DNA of 64,000 nucleotides from Raillietiella orientalis (Eukaryota): the NCBI GenBank assembly GCA_036172245.1, contig JAYWIR010000035.1, positions 124,001 to 188,000 of the forward strand, given 5' to 3'. Made by a program: the position numbers and the translations under genes. How positions within the stretch are numbered: position 1 is the stretch's first letter; every line of letters starts with the position of its first letter. Under the pieces are notes generated by a model. The model was not told the origin of the DNA. It made no database searches and worked only from the letters and a program-made list of their open reading frames with translations. Of this stretch, positions 54,401 to 64,000 are shown piece by piece.

Positions 54401-56500
54401 AGCGGACAGGGGGAGATTTCCCGTTCAACTTGAAGAATGTGCGGAAGAGGAGATGCCGCGGTGACGCGGACGTGCAGGCTCTCCGCGCGCGGAAGCACCG
54501 GGCGTCGCGGGTTTAAATCCCGTCCGTAGGGGAAGCGCCGACGCCGAGAACGGGGAGTGCACCGTGGGTTTCGAGTCCCCCCTCTCCCCGCAGGATGACA
54601 CGCTGGTTGGCTGCGACTTCCACCAGGTGGAAGGCGGAGACCCCGATGAGTGACCAGAATTGGAAGTCGACTCTAGTCGAAGGAGTCCCTCTAGTAGTGA
54701 AAACGGAGTTGTCCTCCCCCTCTCTCTCAGGGGGGTCCTCCATCGCGTTCCATGGAGCTGCGCGATGCCCCTTTCGGGGATCACTTCTCCAGAAATGCAA
54801 CGCCGCTCCGTTAGAAAAGCAACCTTCAGGGAAATGGAGAGGCATCCCTTCGGGGTTCTCTTCAGAGGAGGAGGGAACGAGGAGCGGATCCTTACCGGAG
54901 GGTCCCTCAGGAGAAGAAAAGAGAAGCGACCCTCTCCAGGGAGTCCCTCCGGAGAGAACAAGGAAGAGGGGATTCCTTTTGGGGTCTCTTCCAAGCGTAA
55001 GAGGAACGGACTCCTTCCTTCGGAGCCCTTCCTGGATTCACAGGGTGGTCTCATCCTGGGTTACCCTCATCTTGAAGAGTAACTGGTGACTTCGAATGAC
55101 GTTGACAGTGTTTAAGAGCTTCCTGAGCCCCCACCTTCACCCCCTAAAGAGGCGACCGGTTCGACTGGTTCTTCAGCACTTCAACCTCATCCTCCCCCCC
55201 TTAAAAAAAAAAAAGCTGGAAAGGGAGGGAGAAAGTGGAAGGACCCCACGAGTCGAGGAAGGGGGGAGGAGCGAAGCTCTCCACACGCCCTGGTTTCCCT
55301 CGTCCCCATGCTTCCTTCCGCCTCCCTTCAAGCCTCGTGCCCGCTGCACGCACGCGCATGGGATAAATCTGGAGGCGAAGTGCAGGACCGGGATCCAGTG
55401 TCCGCCGCCCTTTCCGTTCCTGGCTCCTCCTCCCGTTGATGCCGGGGCTGCTCCTGCCAGTTGGGCAGGAATCGACGTGGATGCCCGTCGCTCGCCTTGG
55501 CAGCACCAGACGAGGTCGGCGAGTGACGAGGTCCGTCCCCTTGGACGCCTCCCCTCTTTCTGCGGAGGCTGTCCTTGAGCCTGACCCTCATACCAGGATG
55601 CGCCGGGACGCTGGTTCATCCGTGGAAAGGGCCCATAACAGATGTGCGCATGGATTTCTTATTCTGGCGGGAGGAAAGGCCGGCCGAAGCGTCCAGGGAA
55701 TCCCTCGAGGGGGGCGCAGGAGACGGGGTGGGGAAAAAGCGATGGGGCCTCGAGAAGGACACGACCAAGACGCCTGACAGTCGGCCGGTATGTCTTTTCG
55801 GCTTCTCGCGATCCTTCATCTCCGCGCCGGTCTCCCTTGCGTGCCTGGAAAGGTTCAACCTGACTCGCCTCTGGCCGTCCTTCGAGCGCTGGGAGGTCGT
55901 CATGGCCCTCGAGCAGAGTCTCGGCCGCCTTCGAGGGACCACCGTCGCGAAGGAAACGTCCGAGCAGGTCTTTTGGGTCGGGGTGGGGAAGGAGCAGGCC
56001 TCATGACCCGTTCTCCTCGCAGGTCGCAGTCCTGGAGCGATTGGAAGATGCCAGGGAGGATCAGTGTTCTGGCCCCCATGGTGCTGACACCAAGAAGTTC
56101 CCCTTTTCCCTGTGGCACCTGGTGCGAGGGTCGTTCCCGCGCAGAACCCGGCAGATTCTTGATGCAGTGCCGGGAAAACGCTGCATATCCGCGTGGATCG
56201 CCGGGGGGTTCCTGGAAAATCCCCGTGCTATCCGACTCTCCCTGGAAGGTCGTCCAGCCTCTCAGACCTCTCAGAGTGGAGGTTCTCTTGAAGTGTCGGA
56301 CACGTCGCGTTGCCTGGCGACCGCTCCGCAGCGGTCGCCGAGAGCGTGCTGGGCAGGCTGCGCTCCACCTCCCGCACGTGCGCCAGCCCTGGGCCGGGAA
56401 GACCTGCAGAGCCATCTTGCGGTGTGCGACTAGTGCGGGAGGCCGAGACGGAGGCGGACCCATGCGACCCCCTTACCACGTCGCCTAGGAACGGTCTGGG
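51500..56500 (-). mobile_element. Near full-length decayed L1/Tx1-type LINE (ORF1 knuckle, APE endonuclease, RT), interrupted by SINE copy 3
   Basis: Ordered minus-strand relics: CDLRGE..GHEAC (55994-56028), ASW/VR.L..KR...ADLV..Q (from 55601), GRLF...LNTVNVI (55095-55157), [SINE], TRVHRIYVF (54101-54127, like SRIDRIYV), TDRLV (like SDH), GRQWTTQPSL (like G.W.LNPSL), LTYLLTKKG (52323-52349), QRPLSL (about 52228-52245) and LYKRSGIAQI..KRS (like SG.KIN..KS). May comprise more than one nested copy. Confidence 0.6.
54455..55082 (+). mobile_element. tRNA-headed SINE-like element, copy 3
   Basis: gcgtcgcgGGTTTAAATCC B-box (54510-54520). The body is the reverse complement of copies 1 and 2, e.g. 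catcccttcggggttctcttcagaggag and ccaagcgtaagaggaacggactcc..gagcccttcctggattca. Confidence 0.78.
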
Positions 56501-57929
56501 AACTCGACATCGGCCAATCAGGACGCGCCTCCCCCTTGGTCGGATACCTCCCAAGAGGGTTTCGGAGCGAATTCCCCTCCCGTCCGTCTGTCCGACGCGG
56601 GAGACCCTAACCTTCTGCCGCCGAAGACTCGCGCGTTGCCATTTTGAGGTATTTGTACATATTTCGGCTGTACATATACCAAAATTGAGGTCCGCGGGCC
56701 TCTCCCTCAATAAGTGACCGGACGGCGCGAGAGGAGCGGCGACCTCCTTCCGCTGGTCGGGTGAACTGGATCGAGAGGTGGTCGGATGGACCCCCCTTCT
56801 TCGGGTTCGAGATGCTGGAGGGCACGGAAACTTTCTCTTCCTGCCCGCTGCTGTTGGGAATCCGTCCGGGAATGATGCCTGGGGACCCCGTGAGCGAGGA
56901 AGAGGCCCTCTCCGATCGTGAGTCCCTGAGGGCGACAATGGCCTCTTCCGGGCCGCGGGAGTTCACCTTATTATGTCCGGAAACTTCTGAGTCACCCCAT
57001 GGATGTGGAACCGCCCCCCTCCTGACGACACCAACTTTCTCCTTCCTTCCAGGACGTTCCCGGATTCCCTTCGGGGCAGCTTGCTCGTCCCCTGGAATTC
57101 TCTCCCGCTTTCCTTTTCCTCCTCCTCCTTCTCCTCGCCTCACCTTCGTTCCAGTCTTCCTTCCGCCATCGCCTCGAGCCTCCTGGGCACGCGACTGCCC
57201 CTTACTTCCGCCCCTCTCCTGAGACCTTCCAGCTGTGGGCGCAGGCCTCTGTACATCGTCGCCGCGCGCGCCTCTGGGAATCGCTGGCGCTGGCAGCCGA
57301 CGGGCGAGGGGAGGGGGCGTCCGGTTCGCCTTGAGGGAGCAGAGTCGGAGCCCCGAGACCCAGCCCGTCCTCCCCGCTTTCTCCTCTCCCGAGTCTTTGG
57401 AACAGCCCCCAGAAAACAAGCTTGGATCGCGGTTTTCAGGCGGCGGGTGCTGCCGCCGGTGCCGCTTTCCCCGCGTCCCATGGCTACGGGTGGGTGTTCA
57501 GCGCCCCTTGCCAGGAGCAAAAGGAGGATGGGATGCTGCCGGACTTCCGGCCGCTGACCGCACAGCCAGGAGGTCCGGCGGGAAAGATCGCTCTGCCCAT
57601 CATTCCAAGGTCGTCTCCAAGGAGCGGCTTGGCACCCCCTGCCTACTGAGTACGGAGAGGAAGATGTGTCCTCCCAATACGTGCTGTGAGCTGCCCTCCG
57701 CAAGGGGTCGGCCCGCGGTCCGAGTACCCTTGTCGCTCCGGGCTTTCAGGCCAACCCTTCCGCTACCACCGCCATCTTTGAAGCGCTTCCTCGTGACTCC
57801 CAGAGCGGAGCCTCCGCTTCTTCCAGCAGATGCAGGCTCTCCTGAAACTTTCCTTCCGGTTCCTCCGCCTCGAGTCTCGAATCTCCGATCCTCCTTTCGA
57901 CTCCCGGCTCCTCGAGGGCAGCTTGCGTC

Positions 57930-58250
57930 CATGGAGAGCGGGACTATTCACGGGTGCCCGGGTCTCCGTGGCACGCTGCGGTGTTCCTTGCCCTCGTTCT
58001 CTCCCCTCCTCCTCTCAGTGGAGGGGCATCATCGAAAACGGGGAGCACGAGAAACCCAGGACATCCGGTGGTTGCGCGACACCTTCGACTTCTGTCCGCG
58101 ACATCCCACCGTCTCCGCTGCTGCCTACTCTGAAGAAAGGAACAGAAATCGCATTATCCAGGGAAACCCATCCGATCTACGTCCCGATCTCGATCCAAAT
58201 CATCTATTTCGGGTGAGGATGCTGCTGCTTCTGTCTTGCACTCGAGAGGA
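57930..58250 (+). mobile_element. Decayed non-LTR reverse transcriptase N-terminal fragment
   Basis: CPGLRG (like PG.DG), LLPTLKKG (58118-58141) and a frameshifted YRPIS-like tacgtcccgatctcg at about 58178. Confidence 0.35.
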
Positions 58251-60414
58251 TCAAAAACAAGGTCGTGAAGAAGAAAAGGAAGCAGAGGGAAGAATAAAGA
58301 TAAAGAAGAAGGACCAAAAAGATGGAGGAAGAAGAAGAAGGAAGAAAAACAAGGAAGAAGAAGAAAGAAAAACTGATTCGTGCAGACTGTCCGGAGGAAA
58401 AGGGATGAGCGGAAGATGAAAAGCCGATGATGATGGCAGCAGCAAACCACGCCTCTCCCCTAAGGCGCGGTTTCTCCCTCGGTGCCTTTTTGCGCGCATG
58501 CGCCTCGGCCACGCCGCCTTCTGCCGGCGAGCATCCTGCCTGACGCCGTTCGCGTCCAGCAGGCGCCCATATGCTTTCCCGCCAAACCTTCCCCGCGGCC
58601 CCCTCCTTCCCTGCCGTTGCGAAGGAAAGGGGAAGTTTGCTGGACCCGGTTTTCCTGATTCCGGGAGGACGCGGTTGAGATGGTCCGGTGGGGAGGCTGC
58701 TTGAGCGGTTCCGCTCCTTCCGAGCGACTTGCAGCCTGAGGAGTCACGACACTCATACCACAAGGCCGTGGGGGGCATCCCAGCTGTTCGAGGTGCATCC
58801 CATGCTCCCCTCTGGTCTTCCGCGCGGTTTTCAGGGAGCGCGCGGAGGGCCTCCTGTGGGGTCTCCGTCCAAGGAAGTGCTGCCTGTGAAGGTCATTCAA
58901 GCGGAGAGTGGGCGAAGGGGCGCGTTGGAGAGACGGGAGGAGGAGGCAACGGTCCCAGGAGACCCGCCGACCGCCTGGAACCGAAGGGAGAAAAGGGGTA
59001 TGCGTGAAAACTGCACGAGGCGGTCAGTCAGGATGCGGGAGCGGCAAGCCGTGATAGCGGAAGGCGGAACGAGGGGTGAGGAGGGGGTAGCGCTTTGCCC
59101 TCGGGAGTGTCCCCGCCGCTACGGTTCCCTTCCGACCCGGTGGCCACCGACAGCATCGCCCTCCCTCGTGGTCTCGCGCGGGGCGCGCCTCCTCCTCTCC
59201 TGTTTCCGGAAGCGAACGGGCACTCTCCCCTCTCCCCTCTACCACCTTCCCTTCTTTCCCTCCCTCCCTCCTCCTCCTGTCTTCCGTTCTGCGACGGACC
59301 CCCTCCGCCGTCCCGGGGTGGCGCATCCGGGCCTCTGCTTCCCCAGGGAGTCCCGCCGCTCCTGAAACTTCTTAGCGAAGGGAGAAAGGGGTCAGGGCAG
59401 AAGAGGGCTGAGCGCCATCCTTCCCCTTCCGTTCCCGCCGCTTCCCGTGGCAACGGACGACGGAAGCTCACCTCGTTATCCTGCCCTTCCAGAAGCAGGA
59501 GTGAAAGGGGGAACAGTCCCAGGCTTCCCCTCCGCTGGAGCCCCCGCCACCCTGCCGCCTCCGCCTTTCCCTCCCGCGGAGGGGCGGAGGCATCCGGCGT
59601 CCGCCCGCAACTCGCGCACGCGCCGCGCCTCACGAGCCTTCTTCCCGCGGCCCCATTCAGGAGGGGAAGCCGAGCGCAACGGCGGCGAGGACGGAGGCGC
59701 GCGCAGCATCTTCCCTGGTGCCACCCCTCCGCCCCCACGCTCGCGCGCGCGTGCGGGGATCCCCACGCAATTTGTTTCCCTCCTTCGCCCGACCGGGATG
59801 GAGGGAGAGGAAGGCGAGCGGAGGGAGCCCACTCCCCCAGTAAATCAAAGGTGGCAGGAAGGAGGAGAGGGAGAAAAAAAGGGAGAGAAGACGGTGGAGA
59901 GATCCTCTTTCTTCCTTCCCCCCTCTCCCCACCCCGCAACCGCCGCCTGCCCTCCTCTGCGACGCGACGCGCAAGGCGGAAGGTGCGCAGGAGCAGCCGA
60001 GCGGCCTTCTGGTGCGGAGGCTGGCCTCCTCCCCATCACACACCTACGCGGTCCAGGGCGGTCCCGCAGAGAGGAGGTGAGGGGGACCTCGAGAAAGTCC
60101 TTCCCGGAAGCTCCCCCACGGGAAGACTTGCCGCTAGACGGCGGTGGGAAGAGAGTGGAGGAGAAGGGGCACCGGGGACTCATCCGGGAAAGTCTGAGGC
60201 TGGGGAAGAGGGGTGAGGGAGGTGGCCGCGAGGAAGGGGGGGGGGGGGGGGCTCGTCCCTTCAACCAGGAGCTGTCGCCGCCGCCGTACCCGCTGCCGCT
60301 GCTGCCGGCAGGGAGCCGCGCGATGATCCGGGGGGAGGAGCGGAGCCGCGCGGAACGGAGGGCGAGAGGCGAAAAGGGCGGAGGGGAGGAACGTCTGCCC
60401 GACTGCCGCTTTCT

Positions 60415-60426
60415 ATTGGCCCGCCC
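60415..60426 (+). promoter_or_regulatory. Candidate proximal promoter of the LIM-homeobox gene: inverted CCAAT box next to a GC box
   Basis: ATTGG (60415-60419) immediately followed by CCCGCCC, about 115 nt upstream of the candidate ATG at 60539. Confidence 0.4.
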
Positions 60427-60538
60427 GTCCCGCGGCGAGGACGGTCAGGACGCAGGGCGGAGTCGCGCACGCGCGCGCCGAGATGCCGCTTCTTCGCCGC
60501 GGCCGTGCGTTCCGATCGGCAGTCCGCGGCAGCTGCCG

Positions 60539-63500
60539 ATGGGAGCGGCGATGGGTCCTGCGCCAGTGGTGGCCATCGCGTGCGACAAGAACCCCCTCGA
60601 TCAGGTCCAGCAGGAGAAACTTTTCGTCAAGGTGAGCTCCCACCCCTCGCCCCCATCCCCGCTTCCGCCGCCCTTCCGCGTCGTCCCAGAAGAGAAAGGA
60701 AGCGGGGGGCAGCCAGGACGCGCGCCGTCCGGGCGGGTCCTCCTGAGGCGGGGTGGGAATAGGAAAAAGGCGCGAGTGGCAGGGAGCGGAAGGGGGAGCA
60801 AGGAGAACCAGGAGGGCCCTCCTCCTTCCCTCCCCTCCTGCAGCACCAGAAGGGGGAGATCGGGGTTGGCCGAGGAGGGGCGGACACGCTTCGGGTGCGT
60901 TCGGAAAGGGGCCGCGATGCCGAGAGCACCCCTCCCTCCTTCCCTCCCGGAAAATCCTCGCTCCCTCCTCCACTCGCGCGGGTCTTCTGATGAGGAGCGG
61001 TCCCTCCCTCCTTTGCGCTCTGCAGCGGGGCAGACAGCCCTTACTCCGCAGCTAGGCCCTTTCGCGCCCCCTAGCAGCGACAGCTCCACGAGAGGCTCAG
61101 CGTAGAAGGGGGGTTGAGAAGGAGAGTGAGCTCACTGAAGGAGGGTCCTCGCCTCTCCTCCCCCTTCGCACAGCGGGAGGGAAGGGGCCCTGCGTTCCCT
61201 CCAGGCAACGGCCCCTTCCGCTGCTGGAAGGGTCCCCACAGGGACTCGGCCGAGCGGAACGCCGCTGCTCCCGAGCGCGCCCGCCCCAGGGGGTGCGCTC
61301 GCCGGCGCTCGCCGGAGGGGCCAGCCGGGTGGGGACGGGGCGACGGGGGGGGGACGCGCCCTCGCGGTTCCCTCCGACAGCGCCGCCATTGTCGCGCTCC
61401 CGCCGACCGCGAAGAAGGGGCGAGCTGCGCCCGCCCGCGAGGTCGCCGGGATCCCTCCCCTTCGCCCCCACCCTTTTTTTTTTCTTCCCTCCCTCCCTCC
61501 CTCCCTTCCCTGCCCCCGCCTTCCCCTTCCCCTCGCGCTCTCCCCCTCCTCTGAGGCGAGGGGAAAAGGGGCGCCCGCTCCTTCCGGGAAGGGAGGCGCC
61601 CCTGGAAGAGCACGGGACCAGGAAGGCGGTCCCCTTTACCCCTCCCATCCTCCCGGACGCCCGGAGGAAGCCAAAAGGGGAGGGATGCGGATCAGAGCGC
61701 GCTGGGACCGCTTCAGGCCCCTTCCCGGCTGAGGGCAGGCTCGGTCCCTCTCCCTCCTCCAGAGATCAGCCCTTAGAGACGAAGAGCGGAAGGGAGGCGC
61801 ATGCTGTTTCCCTCTCGACCTTCCTGCTCGTGTGCCGGAATCAGCAGGGACCCCTCTCCGAGGGGACCGTGGAGGGGTCCTCGCCGTCGGGTCCGCCACA
61901 TCCTTCCGGACGTCCCTCCGCCTCGCCTTCGGGGGTCTCCGCGCGCCGAGCGGCGTCGGGAACGGTCGGGCTGGGAGCCTTTTTCCTGGCTCTCTGAGCC
62001 TCCCGGAGGCGGGCATACGGGGAACGGCCCCTTTGCCCTTCTTCCTGTTCCGCCTTTCCTCTGCTCCCGACCACCCCGTCCTTCTTTCCGCCTTCCCGAG
62101 CCACTGGCGGAGGCAGCGATCCCTGCTAGCAGCCGCCCAGGACCCCTCCCTCCCCCGAGATTCCCTTCGCCCCTCCCGGAAAAAAGCGGGAAGACATCCG
62201 GGTAGCCTGCGAGGGGGCACACGTGGAAGAGCGGCGGGTTTTCCTCCCGGAAAGGGGGAAGTGGGGACGCCTCGAGGAACCGGAAAAGTGGACGAGGGGC
62301 CAAAGGACGGGGGTGAGGGAGAGGACGACCCTGAGCGCTCGAGAGTCTCCCCCCTGGGCAGCCACAGGCCGGTGTTCATGGGATGGTGAGACCTTCCTAT
62401 GAGCCTGCCTCGCCTCGCTTGCGTCTTCCCCACTCCCCCCCCCTATTCCCCTAAGATCTGCCCTTCAAGGGAAGAGACTGTGTTTGCGTGGAGGCCCGAT
62501 CAGGCCGGGGGAAGGGAAGGAGGAAGGAGGGGGAGGGCGGAAACAGGAGCGCTCCCTCCGTGTTTCCATCACCCTTCCGTCCTGACCGTCTGTCCTGAGA
62601 CTCTGGAGGTCACTTGGCAAGCTGCCGCGGAACGGGGGTTCGCCCGCCTTCCCCACGCTCACCCAGTGGAGCCCGCAGAATGAGGGGATTCCCGCGTGTG
62701 GGGAGGGGGTCGATGGGGGGGGGCGACCGCATCCGACTTCCTCTGCAGGCCTCCCGACCGGGCGGGCCGGCACCCAAGGGGGGTCGCTCCTGAGCCACGG
62801 GTATGGAGGCTCCCCTCCGTGCGCGCTCAGGGGGAACCGGATGCTACTCGGGACCGGTCAGCGCGATATCGGGCGGCGGGGGGGAGGAGCGGTTTGCCCG
62901 GCAGCCGGGACGCAAGCGGGAGGTGAGGTTCGGCTCCACAGGGGTGCTAGCGGGGATGCAGGGTCGTGCATGTTGGACCCGGCTGCAGAGTCGCCGGGTG
63001 CACGGGCGGAGAGCGACTCGCCGCCTCGGGAGCAGGAAGTGGACGGGGAGGAGAGAAATGGGGCGACCATCGGAGCGATCCCAAGACTGGGGTCTCTCCT
63101 TTGTCGGCTGCTCTCTCTGCTCGCACCTCCTCGCCCGCGGGGATCTCTCGGGCACTCCTCCGGCAGGAAAGGAGGAGAGGAATTCAAGGAGAAGACGAGA
63201 AGGACGCAGGGGAGGGCAGAGAAAGGGGAGAGGCGTCTGCGACGCCGGGGAAGGTACCGTCTGCGCTTCTTCCCTTTCCTCCTCCCGTTAAACCCGTGTA
63301 AGTGGAGATCAGATCACTCCCACCCCTCGAGAGGCCGGTGCACCAAAGGCATCTCCCTTTCTTGGAAGGAGAGAGGGGACTTCCGGAGGTCCGGCGATCC
63401 TCCGTCCTTGATGGATGACGCGACGTCCCTTCCTCCCGAGGAGGAGAGGCCGGACTCGGGGCAGTGCGAACGGGTGACGAGGCGGTCTCTGGAGCCGCGC

Positions 63501-64000
63501 GCGCGCTGCCTCCGCGTGCCCAGGTTAAGTCGATGCCGCCGCGGTCACGCCCCGAGACTTTCGGTCCCGGTAGGCAGTTGTGCGCCCCTCTCACTCCTGG
63601 CGGTGGCGGCGGCGGTCCCGCCCCGCCCCGCCCCGCCTTCTCCCCTTTCAGAAGGAGGCCGGTGTGTGCGCAGCGTGCAACGAGCCCATCCACGAGCGGT
63701 GGGTGCTTCAGGTCAGCGACCTCATGTGGCACAGCAGGTGCCTGTCCTGCTGCGTGTGTCAGGCGTCTCTGGACCGGCAGCACTCCTGCTTCCTCAAGGG
63801 GGGGCAGGTATACTGCCGGAGCGACTACAACAGGTGAGGAGAAAGGGGAGGGGAGGGAGGGAGTTCCTCCGTCCCCACGGCCCGTCCCTGGCAGGATCTT
63901 CGGGACCAAGTGTGGGAAGTGCTCGAGGCAGGTCTCGGCCTCGGACTGGGTCAGAAGGGCCAGGGACCAGGTGTACCACCTGGCGTGCTTCGCCTGCGAC
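60539..64000 (+). CDS. Awh: LIM-homeobox transcription factor of the Arrowhead/Lhx6/8 class, 5' part (runs off the window)
   Basis: Exon 63652-63833 encodes LIM1 ([16 protein letters not shown]...[22 protein letters not shown]...YCRSDY). Exon 63895-64000 encodes LIM2 ([34 protein letters not shown]); [16 protein letters not shown] is diagnostic of Lhx6/8/Awh. The putative first exon 60539-60631 (MGAAMG...EKLFVK|gtgag) matches in phase but is less certain. The homeobox lies outside the window. Confidence 0.9.

Noticed and set aside
34000..63600. Many long overlapping ORFs (e.g. 552 aa at 59447-61105, 394 aa at 57235-58419, 373 aa at 59095-60216)
   Set aside because: They are R/G/P/A/S-rich and open on several frames at once, as expected from stop-codon scarcity at very high GC. 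Only 60539-60631 looks like a real exon.

Overview
Eukaryotic (invertebrate animal-type) genomic DNA, not prokaryotic. The AT-rich left part (about 1-24 kb) holds three intron-rich housekeeping genes: a RhoA/Rho1-like GTPase running off the left edge (-), RUNDC1 (-) and the JmjC oxygenase RIOX1/NO66 (+). Almost all of their introns are 41-50 nt. GC rises steadily to a very GC- and CpG-rich right part, which is a gene desert full of decayed L1/Tx1-type LINE relics and ends in the first exons of an Arrowhead/Lhx6/8 LIM-homeobox gene (+). The most novel-looking element is a roughly 630-720 nt family with a tRNA-like (Pol III A/B-box) head, no tail and many hairpins, present in three diverged copies. 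One copy is fused directly to a Utopia/NeSL-like RLE retrotransposon at its YADD motif, and another sits inside an L1/Tx1 endonuclease. All calls were made by eye from motifs. No database searches were run and TE-relic boundaries are approximate.
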